From Nostoc sp. PCC 7120 = FACHB-418 (lineage in GTDB: Bacteria; Cyanobacteriota; Cyanobacteriia; Cyanobacteriales; Nostocaceae): a DNA stretch of 32,000 bases. How positions within the stretch are numbered: the stretch's first letter is position 1; each line of letters opens with the position of its first letter. The position numbers and the translations under genes are program-made. The notes beneath the pieces were generated by a model that saw nothing but the letters and a program-made list of their open reading frames with translations, did not search any database and was not told the origin of the DNA. The stretch is from assembly GCF_000009705.1 (NCBI RefSeq), contig NC_003272.1, positions 1,500,001 to 1,532,000 on the forward strand, given 5' to 3'. Of this stretch, positions 1-8,708 are shown in pieces.

Positions 1-972
1 TGGGGTAATAAATCCCTAGCAGAAGAATCTAAACAAAAAACCAAAACTGCCCGTGTATTGGCGAAAGCCGGGCAGAATTTAGGCGGTACAGATATTGATA
101 ATTGGTTAGTAGATTACTTTGCCAAAACTCAAGGGCTAGGGATAAGCCCTTTAACAACGCGACTAGCAGAAAGGATAAAAATTCAACTATCAGCCCAAAA
201 CCAAGCCAGTGAAGTTTATTTTGATGATGAAAACTTTGAAAGTTACGAATTGGAATTAAATCGGGATACTTTAGAAAGCATCCTCAAAGAACATGGGTTT
301 TTTGAGCAGTTAGATGATGCAATGGCTAATTTATTACAACAAGCACGCCGCCAAGGAATCGAACTAGCAGATATTAATGCAGTGTTATTAGTTGGTGGTA
401 CAGTACAACTACCCGCAGTGCAGACATGGGTAAAGCAATATTTTCAGCCAGAGAAAATCCGTTGTGAAAAACCATTTGAGGCGATCGCTCAAGGTGCATT
501 GCAACTATCTCAAGGTGTAGAAATCAAAGACTTTCTCTACCACAGTTATGGTGTGCGCTATTGGGATCGTCGCAATCAACGCCACAGTTGGCATTCAATT
601 ATTAAGGCTGGGCAAGGCTACCCCATGAATCAGCCAGTAGAATTGGTTTTAGGCGCTTCTTTGGAGAATCAATCAAGTATTGAATTAATCTTGGGTGAAC
701 TAGGTACAGAGACGGGGGGAACAGAAGTATATTTTGATGGCGATCGCTTAATTACCCGCCGCCTAGATACCGGTGTCACCAGCGTTAAACCCCTCAACGA
801 TAAAGAAGGCGCAAGAACTATAGCCCAACTCACACCACCAGGATTTCCGGGGAGCGATCGTATTAAAATCTTGTTTCAAGTTGATGAACAGCGCTTTTTA
901 CGCATCACCGTTGAAGATTTATTGACTAATGATACTTTGCTAGAAAATCAACTGGTGGCACAGTTGAGTTAA
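1..972 (+). CDS. Hsp70-family (DnaK-like) protein, 3' part; the gene starts upstream of the window
   Basis: Frame 1 is open from base 1 (WGNKSLAEESKQ...) into the listed ORF. It has Hsp70 nucleotide-binding-domain motifs GQNLGGTDIDNW (compare GDTHLGGEDFD) and VLLVGGTVQLPAVQ (compare VLLVGGSTRIPAVQ). The C-terminal part is divergent. Confidence 0.85.
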   Translation, partial: WGNKSLAEESKQKTKTARVLAKAGQNLGGTDIDNWLVDYFAKTQGLGISPLTTRLAERIKIQLSAQNQASEVYFDDENFESYELELNRDTLESILKEHGFFEQLDDAMANLLQQARRQGIELADINAVLLVGGTVQLPAVQTWVKQYFQPEKIRCEKPFEAIAQGALQLSQGVEIKDFLYHSYGVRYWDRRNQRHSWHSIIKAGQGYPMNQPVELVLGASLENQSSIELILGELGTETGGTEVYFDGDRLITRRLDTGVTSVKPLNDKEGARTIAQLTPPGFPGSDRIKILFQVDEQRFLRITVEDLLTNDTLLENQLVAQLS

Positions 973-1067
973 ATTAGTTTGGGGTGGAATGGATTTAAGT
1001 TTACGGGTTTTATCTATAATTGAGTGCGATCGCCTAAATCTTCAACATGAAAAAGACAGCAGTTTTT

Positions 1068-1106
1068 CCCCCTTCCCTCGTAGGGAAGGGGGTTAGGGGG
1101 TTAGGT
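1068..1106. repeat. G/C-rich hairpin repeat, left flank of the DUF559 cassette
   Basis: cccccttccc-tcgta-gggaaggggg is a perfect 10-bp stem, followed by ttagggggttaggt. The DUF559 stop codon (complement of tta at 1101-1103) lies inside the element. A direct copy sits at 1594-1632 and a partial copy at 7465-7498. Confidence 0.8.
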
Positions 1107-1502
1107 CTCTTCACAACAAACCTCAGAAATGAGCATCAAAACCTGATCAATTTCCTGTACAACTTCCTCATTTTTAACTCTTAACAAACGCAGCCCTCTA
1201 GCTAACAAAACCCTGTCCCGTTCTGCGTCATATTCAGCTTGTAATTCATGAATTTTTCCATCCACCTCTATCACTAATCTAGCGGCGTGACAGTAAAAAT
1301 CTGCAATAAAACCATCAATAATTTGCTGACGACGAAAGTGTAAACCATTGAGACGATTACCGCGAAGATGTTGCCAAAGAATTTTTTCTGCTGGTGTCAT
1401 TTGGCGACGAAATTCTTTTGCACGGTGCATTTTATCTGGGTTGATTTTTTGTCCGATAACTATATTGTTAGTTTGGTCTATTTTTGGTGTTGGATTATTC
1501 AT
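1101..1502 (-). CDS. DUF559 domain endonuclease (Vsr / very-short-patch-repair-like fold)
   Basis: ATG start. The translation MTPAEKILWQHLRGNRLNGLHFRRQQIIDGFIADFYCHAARLVIEVDGKIH...ERDRVLLARGLRLLRV matches the DUF559 core pattern (E-x-LW, FRRQ, ADFYC, IE(V/L)DG). Confidence 0.85.
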   Translation of the reverse strand: MNNPTPKIDQTNNIVIGQKINPDKMHRAKEFRRQMTPAEKILWQHLRGNRLNGLHFRRQQIIDGFIADFYCHAARLVIEVDGKIHELQAEYDAERDRVLLARGLRLLRVKNEEVVQEIDQVLMLISEVCCEET

Positions 1503-1537
1503 GTATGAATTATGGAGGCTGGTGTTGATTCATACAT
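1501..1537 (-). promoter_or_regulatory. 5' leader hairpin overlapping the DUF559 start codon
   Basis: Perfect 10-nt inverted repeat, atgtatgaat (1501-1510) and attcatacat (1528-1537). On the minus-strand mRNA, the last two bases of the 3' arm are the A and U of the AUG. Confidence 0.35.
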
Positions 1538-1558
1538 TATGGCTGACCTCTCCCCCAA

Positions 1559-1581
1559 CCCCTCTCCGACGCGGAGAGGGG
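1559..1581. repeat. Perfect 10-bp hairpin (cccctctccg-acg-cggagagggg), a Nostoc-type G/C-rich repeat
   Basis: Read directly. It lies between the DUF559 start and the right-hand copy of the flank repeat. Confidence 0.7.
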
Positions 1582-1593
1582 AGCTAGATTTCT

Positions 1594-1632
1594 CCCCCTT
1601 CCCGTGTAGGTAAGGGGGCTGGGGGGTTAGGT
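1594..1632. repeat. G/C-rich hairpin repeat, right flank of the DUF559 cassette (direct copy of 1068-1106)
   Basis: cccccttcccgtgtaggtaagggggctggggggttaggt aligns in the same orientation with cccccttccctcgtagggaagggggttagggggttaggt, with only a few mismatches. Confidence 0.8.
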
Positions 1633-1753
1633 TTATGTGGAATATGGGAAGGTGCGACCATAACCCAATCTTAAGAAAATATTCAAGTATCAAATACAAC
1701 TTATGAATATCGTATAATTTTTCAGTGTAAATATAATTTTAAAAACACTAAGT

Positions 1754-3553
1754 ATGAGCATTACACCTCGTGGAATGAGTGTTACAGAAGCTTATCGTCT
1801 CTATCGTTCAGGCAGTTTATTGGTGAATAGGAAGTATCAAAGAAAGCTTGTTTGGACAGTTTTGGAAAAAGAAAAATTAATTGGAAGTATTTTAAAAGGA
1901 TATCCTATCCCGTTGATTCTACTAGCAGAACGCCCTCAGATACACGGTAGTGGCAAATATGAAATTATTGATGGAATGCAACGTCTTAATGCAATTTTTA
2001 GTTATATTGAAAATTCATTTAGTTTTGATATCCAATATTTCGATATAGATGAGTTTTCTTATGCTAAACAATTAGCTAATGATGGCATTATTGAAATTAT
2101 AAGTAACAATAAAGATAACGAAAAACAACAACTAAAGTTGCTGTCTGGTAAAGAATGTGCTGATATTTTAGATTATCAACTTGCAGTAACAGTATATACT
2201 GCGATGGCAGAAGAAGATATCACAGAAGTATTTGGGCGTATTAATTCTAGTGGTAAACATTTAAGTAGCCAAGAAAAAAGACAAGCTGGTGTAACTACTG
2301 CATTCGCAGAATTAGTAAGAACAATATCTATGGAGCTACGTGGAGACGTTTCAGATAAAGTACTACGTCTTACTGATATGCCAGAAATAAGTATTGATTC
2401 ACAAAAAAATAATCAAGGTTATAAGATTAAGGCTGAAGATACAATATGGTGTAAACAAGGGGCTTTAACTGCAAAGTTACTACGTGAAAGTGAAGATGAA
2501 CAAATGATAGCTGATATTTTAGCCTCTATTTTACTAAATGAACCTTTACCAGTTAGCACCGAACGTTTAGATAGTTTATATGATTTGAGCAGCAAATATT
2601 CTCAGGTTTTAGATAGCGCCTTAGCAACATATGGATTTAAAAAATTGACTCAGGATATAATCACAACATTTGCTGTGATGCGAGAAAGTATAGAAGCGTA
2701 TAGTTCAGAAGCAAAAGCTTTATTACGTGTTGTCAATCCAAATAGTAATAATCCAATACGAACAGCATTTTACACTATTTTTATGGCTTTTTTCGACTTA
2801 GTGATTCGGAAAGGACTTTCTCCTGTTGATCCGGAAGGGATAATGAATGGTCTTCGAGGACTTCAGAAAAAATTGGATTTGAGTAGTCATTACACAACAA
2901 CAGATGATCGTAAAAGTAACATTAAGCAAACCATAGGTCTTATTCAAGATTGTTTTGCCAAAAAAGAACCATCGGCTTTAGGACATGGTGTTGAACTTGT
3001 TCTTGATCTTGAAAACTCATTGCGTCGTTCTCGTATAGAAACTTCAAGATATGAATGTAAGCAAGGATTACTCGATTTATCAGCGAAGAGAAACTTAAAT
3101 AAAGCTTTACTAGAAAGAATTGTTGAAACTATTTGTGGTATTGCAAACTTAGGCTCAGAGACCGATGGATATATTCATATTGGTATTACAGATTGTGAAA
3201 AAGATGCTCATAGAATAGAGGAATTAGACAACATAAAATCGATAGAAATTAATGGAAGATATGTTGTAGGAATTGATAGAGAAGCAAGGCTACAAAATCA
3301 GACTGTAGAACAATATGTTAGAGTATTGACTAATGTAATTCACAATTCTTCACTAACTGATCCCTTGAAAACACAAATATTAACCAAGTTTGATACAATA
3401 TCATATAAAGGTTTTTCTGTGATTAGAATTACCATTCCAGTTCAAACTGATGTTTCATTTCTTGGGGAAAAAGTTTTTTCTAGAAAAGATTCCTCTACAG
3501 TAGAAGTACATGGGCGTGAGTTACTAGCTATTTCTAAGCTTTTTCAAAAATGA
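1754..3553 (+). CDS. DUF262 (GmrSD/ParB-like N-domain) protein with a Schlafen/AlbA_2-like C-terminal domain; candidate defence or DNA-modification-sensing protein
   Basis: ATG start, 599 aa. The N-terminus NRKYQRKLVWTVLEKEKLIGSILKGYPIPLILL...YEIIDGMQRLNAIFSYIE fits the DUF262 signature (QR-x-x-VW and a DGQQR-type motif, here DGMQR). The C-terminus ETSRYECKQG...IVETICGIANLGSETDGYIHIGITD...VVGID...GFSVIRITIP...FSRKDSSTVEV fits the AlbA_2 pattern (E-x-x-x-E-x-K, AxAN-x-x-GG-x-hhhGh-D, R-x-x-S-x-T). I saw no His-Me/HNH (DUF1524) motif. The gene is visibly more AT-rich than acnB next door. Confidence 0.8.
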   Translation: MSITPRGMSVTEAYRLYRSGSLLVNRKYQRKLVWTVLEKEKLIGSILKGYPIPLILLAERPQIHGSGKYEIIDGMQRLNAIFSYIENSFSFDIQYFDIDEFSYAKQLANDGIIEIISNNKDNEKQQLKLLSGKECADILDYQLAVTVYTAMAEEDITEVFGRINSSGKHLSSQEKRQAGVTTAFAELVRTISMELRGDVSDKVLRLTDMPEISIDSQKNNQGYKIKAEDTIWCKQGALTAKLLRESEDEQMIADILASILLNEPLPVSTERLDSLYDLSSKYSQVLDSALATYGFKKLTQDIITTFAVMRESIEAYSSEAKALLRVVNPNSNNPIRTAFYTIFMAFFDLVIRKGLSPVDPEGIMNGLRGLQKKLDLSSHYTTTDDRKSNIKQTIGLIQDCFAKKEPSALGHGVELVLDLENSLRRSRIETSRYECKQGLLDLSAKRNLNKALLERIVETICGIANLGSETDGYIHIGITDCEKDAHRIEELDNIKSIEINGRYVVGIDREARLQNQTVEQYVRVLTNVIHNSSLTDPLKTQILTKFDTISYKGFSVIRITIPVQTDVSFLGEKVFSRKDSSTVEVHGRELLAISKLFQK

Positions 3554-3570
3554 AAATTTGATTTTGATAA

Positions 3571-3589
3571 GGTGGGCATTACACCCACC
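3571..3589. terminator. Short GC hairpin between convergent genes (DUF262 gene and acnB)
   Basis: ggtggg-cattaca-cccacc, a 6-bp stem in the 45-nt gap between the two stop codons. Confidence 0.4.
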
Positions 3590-3598
3590 CTAATCAAG

Positions 3599-6229
3599 CT
3601 ATATTAACAAAGCTTGCTCCTCCTGAGAAATCACCCGCCCTTCATCCTCAAAACCGGCAATTTGATCAAAGTTCAAATACCGATATAAATTATCAGCAAA
3701 AGGATGAATCTTACTTGCCACAATATCAAGGTATTCCTGTACTGTGGGAATGCGTCCTAACAACGCGCAAACGGCGGCTAATTCAGCAGAACCTAAATAC
3801 ACTCGCGCACCTTTACCCATGCGATTATTAAAGTTGCGGGTGGAGGTGGAAAATACTGTGGTTCCGTCAGCAACTCGCGCCTGATTTCCCATACACAAAC
3901 TGCAACCAGGCATTTCAGTTCTTGCACCAGCCGCACCAAAAATGCTGTATACACCTTCCTCTTTTAATTGGTGTTCATCCATGCGGGTTGGTGGTGCTAT
4001 CCACAGGCGAGTTTTGACTTCTCCTGCACCTTCCAAAACTTTGGCTGTGGCGCGATAATGACCGATGTTTGTCATACAAGAACCAAGGAATACTTCTTGT
4101 ACTGGGTCATTAGCAACTTCCGATAATAACTTAACATTATCGGGATCGTTGGGAGCAGCGACAATTGGTTCTTTGATGTCGTTTAAATCAATTTCAATTA
4201 TGGCTGCATACTCCGCATCTGCATCGCCTTCTAATAACACGGGGTTAGCTAACCATTCTTCCATTTTGGCGATACGGCGCAGGAGGGTGCGGGAGTCTTG
4301 ATAACCCCGTGCAATCATGTTCTTCAGTAAGGCTACATTGGAACGCAGATATTCGGCGACTGTCTCGACACTCAATTTAATGGTGGAACCAGCACAGGAA
4401 CGTTCGGCGGTAGCATCGGTAAGTTCAAAGGCTTGTTCGACTTTTAAATCTGGTAAGCCTTCAATTTCCATGATGCGTCCAGAGAAGATGTTTTTCTTGT
4501 TCTCCTTCTCTGCTGTTAGCAAACCTTGTTGAATGGCGACATAGGGAATGGCGTTGACAATATCTCGTAGGGTGATTCCTGGTTGTAATTCGCCTTTGAA
4601 TCGTACCAAAACTGATTCTGGCATATCTAATGGCATGACACCCAAAGCGCCAGCAAAGGCGACTAAACCGGAACCGGCGGGAAAGGAAATACCCAAGGGG
4701 AAGCGAGTATGAGAGTCGCCACCTGTACCTACGGTGTCGGGTAATAGCATCCGGTTGAGCCAAGAGTGGATGATACCATCACCGGGACGCAAGGCGACAC
4801 CAGCGCGGGAGGAGAAGAAATCTGGTAGTTCGTGGTGGGTTTTGATGTCAACTGGTTTGGGATAGGCGGCTGTATGACAGAAGGTTTGCAGGACAAAATC
4901 AGCACTGAAACCTAAACAAGCGAGTTCTTTGAGTTCGTCGCGGGTCATGGGGCCGGTGGTATCCTGAGAACCAACGGTAGTCATGATGGGTTCGCAAGAT
5001 GTACCGGGACGGACACCGGGTAAACCGCAGGCTTTACCTACCATTTTCTGGGCTAGGGTGTAGCCTTTACCTGTGTCTGCTGGTGGCTGGGGACGGATAA
5101 ATAAGGTACTGGGTTCTAACCCTAGTGCAAGGCGGGTTTTATCGGTGAGGGTGCGGCCGATTAGTAGGGGGATGCGTCCACCGGCGCGGACTTCATCGAG
5201 GATGGTGTCTGGTTTGAGGCTGAAAGTAGAAATAACTTCGCCGTCTTCGTTGGTGATTTCGCCTTTGTAGGGATAGATGGTAATCACCATGCCGGTTTCT
5301 AACTTGGTGACATCGCACTGGATAGGCAAAGCACCCGCATCTTCAGCTGTGTTGAAAAAGATGGGAGCGATCGCACTACCTAAAATATACCCCCCAGCGC
5401 GTTTGTTAGGAATATAGGGGATATCTTCTCCTGTGTGCCATAAAACTGAGTTAATCGCCGATTTGCGGGAGGAACCAGTACCGACTACATCGCCGACGTA
5501 AGCAACGGGATGTCCTTTTTTCTTTAACTGGGCAATGGTTTCCAAGCTTCCTGGTTGCCTTGACTCTAGCATTGCTAAAGCGTGTAAGGGAATATCCGGG
5601 CGGGTGGTGGCGTGGGTAGCTGGGGATAAGTCGTCGGTGTTGGTTTCCCCAGGTACTTTGAAGACAGTGACGTTGATATATTCTGGTAATTGGGGGCGAG
5701 ATGTAAACCACTCGGCTGCGGCCCAAGAATCAACTACTCGTTTAGCATAGGGGTTGGTTTTAGCTAATTCCAAAATATCGTGAAAAGCATCATACACCAA
5801 CAAGGTTTTGCTGAGGGCGGCGGCGGCGTAGGCGGCTATGGGTTCTTTGCCTTCTCCACCCATTACCAAAGGTGTTTCGGAAGAATCTGATGTGGATGTG
5901 GTAGCAAATTGCAGCAACTCAATTAAGGATTGGACATTGTAGCCGCCTACCATCGTCCCTAGCAACTGCACTGCTTCTATTGGGGAAATGACAGGGCTTT
6001 TAACTTCCTTTTTAGCAACGGCGGTGAGAAATCCGGCTTTGACGTAAGCTGCCGGATCAACACCAGGGGAAACGCGATCGCGCAATAAATGTAATAATGT
6101 ATCGTCTTCACCCTTTGGTGGATTCTTCAGTAATTCGCATAATTCTGATGTTTGTTGTGCATCCAACGGTAAGGGGGGAATCCCTAGTGCTGCTCTTTCG
6201 GCAACGTGTTGATGATATTTTTCTAACAT
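3599..6229 (-). CDS. acnB: Aconitate hydratase B (bifunctional aconitase 2 / 2-methylisocitrate dehydratase)
   Basis: 876 aa, ATG start. AcnB-type N-terminus [26 protein letters not shown]. Fe-S ligand contexts GSCMTN and [10 protein letters not shown]. Length is typical of AcnB. Confidence 0.95.
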   Translation of the reverse strand: MLEKYHQHVAERAALGIPPLPLDAQQTSELCELLKNPPKGEDDTLLHLLRDRVSPGVDPAAYVKAGFLTAVAKKEVKSPVISPIEAVQLLGTMVGGYNVQSLIELLQFATTSTSDSSETPLVMGGEGKEPIAAYAAAALSKTLLVYDAFHDILELAKTNPYAKRVVDSWAAAEWFTSRPQLPEYINVTVFKVPGETNTDDLSPATHATTRPDIPLHALAMLESRQPGSLETIAQLKKKGHPVAYVGDVVGTGSSRKSAINSVLWHTGEDIPYIPNKRAGGYILGSAIAPIFFNTAEDAGALPIQCDVTKLETGMVITIYPYKGEITNEDGEVISTFSLKPDTILDEVRAGGRIPLLIGRTLTDKTRLALGLEPSTLFIRPQPPADTGKGYTLAQKMVGKACGLPGVRPGTSCEPIMTTVGSQDTTGPMTRDELKELACLGFSADFVLQTFCHTAAYPKPVDIKTHHELPDFFSSRAGVALRPGDGIIHSWLNRMLLPDTVGTGGDSHTRFPLGISFPAGSGLVAFAGALGVMPLDMPESVLVRFKGELQPGITLRDIVNAIPYVAIQQGLLTAEKENKKNIFSGRIMEIEGLPDLKVEQAFELTDATAERSCAGSTIKLSVETVAEYLRSNVALLKNMIARGYQDSRTLLRRIAKMEEWLANPVLLEGDADAEYAAIIEIDLNDIKEPIVAAPNDPDNVKLLSEVANDPVQEVFLGSCMTNIGHYRATAKVLEGAGEVKTRLWIAPPTRMDEHQLKEEGVYSIFGAAGARTEMPGCSLCMGNQARVADGTTVFSTSTRNFNNRMGKGARVYLGSAELAAVCALLGRIPTVQEYLDIVASKIHPFADNLYRYLNFDQIAGFEDEGRVISQEEQALLI

Positions 6230-6484
6230 TTTCGTGTTCTCTCTTTGTATGTTCTTACCTTAATTATGAAGTATTTTTAGACAAAATTTAGCTATCAAAG
6301 TTTACCCTATTTTCTGTCTAAAAGCCTTACTGGTAATCGCTTATGAGGATTTTTATTTTATACTTAAATTATAGTTTTGGTGCAAAATTACTAATGAAGA
6401 TATTGCAATTAGTTACACAGCTAGGGGCAAGATATATTTTGCCCCCACAATAATATGTATTACACTCGATGGGAAACTATTGTA

Positions 6485-6880
6485 TTAAACGGTTATAGCA
6501 GTTTCATTTGATGTTTTCTCAGAATTAGATTTCAAGCGTGTCAACCTGCTTTTACGGATACGTTCACTATCTCTAACTCCACCTGCAAGTTCATATTCAC
6601 TACTGTTTTTACCATACTTAAACCCAACTCCCATCAACATTTTATCTGAAACCTGATTTAATGTCTTCTCCATTTGATCTAGCTTAATTTTAGAGGAATC
6701 AACTATTGCTATGGCAGCGTTATAATCATCAAGCATTTTTTGAAACTGCTCGATTAATTGCGCCAAGTTTTGTAAGTTGTAAGTATCATCAAACTTAAGC
6801 TTTGGATCAATTGCTTTCAATCCGGCAACTCTAAATTCTGCTTTTTCTAGAATCCGGGAACTACGCTTTTTTCTAGCCAT
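6485..6880 (-). CDS. Hypothetical protein, basic N- and C-termini with predicted coiled-coil centre
   Basis: 131-aa ORF with an ATG start and no competing ORF. No family recognised. It lies in an AT-rich tract. Confidence 0.55.
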   Translation of the reverse strand: MARKKRSSRILEKAEFRVAGLKAIDPKLKFDDTYNLQNLAQLIEQFQKMLDDYNAAIAIVDSSKIKLDQMEKTLNQVSDKMLMGVGFKYGKNSSEYELAGGVRDSERIRKSRLTRLKSNSEKTSNETAITV

Positions 6881-7032
6881 AAGATTACATTTTCAAAACT
6901 TTACAAAGCTATTTTGTCTCAATTAAGCTAGATTCTAGTTCAGCAAAATTCACATTTTATTTTGCCGATTTTTTGATTTATGTCCGTAATTCCGCTTAAC
7001 GCTCTTTTATGACTCTGATGAAAGAAAAAAAT

Positions 7033-7133
7033 GTAGGTTGGGTTGAACTTTAGTGAAACCAAATAAAACCAAGGATTTTTCGTGTTGGGATACTCTACGA
7101 GAAAGCTGCGCCTATGTTCCTCAACCCAATCTA
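7033..7133. repeat. Inverted-repeat element (degenerate Nostoc gtaggttgggttga-type repeat)
   Basis: gtaggttgggttga (7033-7046) pairs with tcaacccaatctac (7120-7133), 13 of 14 complementary, with a 73-nt spacer. Confidence 0.4.
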
Positions 7134-7149
7134 CTCGTAAATTTATCAA

Positions 7150-7400
7150 AGCTTTAACAATCAAGGATTATGAATTTTTATTTAACGAGAGTAGTAGAAG
7201 AGCGTTAATTGCTTCAATATATAGCCTATTTAATGCAGAGTTAAGAGTGATCGTTTTAATTTTAAGGTTTAATGCTTTAACCTCAAGGCTTCATGTTGTC
7301 AGGTTAAAGCTTAATACCTTAACCTCAAGGCTTAATGTTTCAACCTTAAGGGTCAACATTTTAATATTGACGACTAAGGATGTCTGAAAAGTCTTTAACA
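7150..7400. repeat. Imperfect direct-repeat (iteron-like) tract, motif TTAAC-N2-4-AAGG-N3-6-ATG
   Basis: ctttaacaatcaaggattatg (7152), ctttaacctcaaggcttcatg (7275), cttaacctcaaggcttaatg (7318), tcaaccttaagggtcaacat (7340), ttgacgactaaggatgtctg (7367). Confidence 0.45.
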
Positions 7401-7464
7401 ATGTATCTAATCAGTTGATATCCCCCTAAATTACACTTTTTAAGGGGGAATTTAATTCTAGTTA

Positions 7465-7498
7465 CCCCTTTTTTAAGGGCAGGGGTTGGGGGTTAGGT
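7465..7498. repeat. Partial third copy of the DUF559-flank repeat family
   Basis: ccccttttttaagggcaggggttgggggttaggt shares the 3' half (aggggttgggggttaggt) with 1068-1106 and 1594-1632. Confidence 0.4.
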
Positions 7499-7525
7499 TT
7501 GAGAGAAATTTGCACGCCGCATAAA

Positions 7526-8533
7526 TTAAACAGGTGCAGAATAGCCTAATGCTGCTTTTACATCTGCTAGGGTTTGGTTGGCGACGGTTTCGGCTTTTTC
7601 TCGTCCGTCACGCAATACAGACTCTAAATAGCCTTTGTCGGCGGTGATTTCTTGATATTTTTCTTGGATGGGTTTGAGGGCGTTGATTGCTGTTTCGGTG
7701 AACAAGGGCTTGAATTGTCCCCAGCCCATATCTTGACATTCTGCGGCTACTTCTTCTTTCTTTTTACCAGACAGCAACATATATAACGTTAACAAGTTAT
7801 TGCATTCTGGGCGTTCTGGGTCGTCAAAGGTTAAACCTTTTACGGGATCTGTTTTACAACGTTTAATTTTATTAGCAATCTGGTCTGGTGGGTCTAAAAG
7901 GTTAATGCGGCTTAACTCTGAGGGGTCGGATTTCGACATTTTGCGTGTCCCATCTGTCAAACTCATCACCCTTGCGCCTTCCTTGCGGATTAAAGGTTCT
8001 GGCAATTTCATCACAGGTTTATCTTTGGCGAATTGGTGATTAAATCTGTTGACAATATCCCGTGTTAGTTCCAAGTGTTGCTTTTGGTCTTCACCTACCG
8101 GCACTTTATCGGCTTGGTAAAGCAAGATATCAGCCGCCATCAGTACGGGATAAATTAACAAACCTGCACCGACGTTTTCCCCTTGCTTAACGGCTTTTTC
8201 CTTAAACTGAATCATGTCTTGCAGCCAATTCAGGGGGGTGATGCAGTTGAGGAACCAAGCAAGTTCACTGTGGGCTGAGACGTGGGATTGGACAAAGATA
8301 TTCGAGTATTTTAAATCAATACCACAGGCTAAATAAAGTGCAGCGATCGCATAAGTGTCTGCCGCCAATGTAGCTGGATTATGCGGTACAGTAATTGCGT
8401 GTAAATCCACTACACAAAAGAAATTATCGTACTGGTCTTGAATTTCTACCCAGTTGCGAATCGCCCCTAAATAGTTACCCAAATGTAGATTACCAGTTGG
8501 TTGAACTCCAGACAGAACGCGCTGCTTACCCAT
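7526..8533 (-). CDS. trpS: Tryptophan--tRNA ligase
   Basis: HIGH-type motif TGNLHLGNYLG near the N-terminus and KMSKS present (RKMSKSDP). I place the start at the ATG giving MGKQRVLSGVQPTG (8533), not at the ORF-track start 8590. Confidence 0.93.
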   Translation of the reverse strand: MGKQRVLSGVQPTGNLHLGNYLGAIRNWVEIQDQYDNFFCVVDLHAITVPHNPATLAADTYAIAALYLACGIDLKYSNIFVQSHVSAHSELAWFLNCITPLNWLQDMIQFKEKAVKQGENVGAGLLIYPVLMAADILLYQADKVPVGEDQKQHLELTRDIVNRFNHQFAKDKPVMKLPEPLIRKEGARVMSLTDGTRKMSKSDPSELSRINLLDPPDQIANKIKRCKTDPVKGLTFDDPERPECNNLLTLYMLLSGKKKEEVAAECQDMGWGQFKPLFTETAINALKPIQEKYQEITADKGYLESVLRDGREKAETVANQTLADVKAALGYSAPV

Positions 8534-8708
8534 AAATCCTAGTTTAGTTATCTCAAATTCCCACCTTGTACAGTGGCGATGGCAAAACACATATCATTTT
8601 GACATTTTCTAGTCTGCTGTGGGGAGATGATTATCTAACCAGTTGTGCGATCGCCTATACTCAGCGCTGTCTATTATATGATTACTGAACTACTCCTCAA
8701 GTATTAAA

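Noticed and set aside
1348-1699. ORFs 1348-1587 (+) and 1499-1699 (-) around the DUF559 gene
   Set aside because: The first is antisense to the DUF559 CDS. Both then run through the G/C-rich hairpin repeats, giving the typical GEGLGERS / PLRRGEGS repeat translations. They are artefacts of the repeat sequence.
4065-5750. Six ORFs of 65-100 aa overlapping acnB on either strand (4065-4301, 4317-4532, 4461-4763, 5073-5270, 5451-5726, 5535-5750)
   Set aside because: They lie wholly inside a very confidently identified 876-aa gene. They have Arg/Ser-rich shadow-frame composition and no recognisable motifs.
6940-7387. ORFs 6940-7164 (-) and 7082-7387 (+)
   Set aside because: They translate the inverted-repeat element and the iteron-like tract (repetitive LTSRLNV-type peptide). 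There are no start context or family matches. I treat the region as non-coding repeats.
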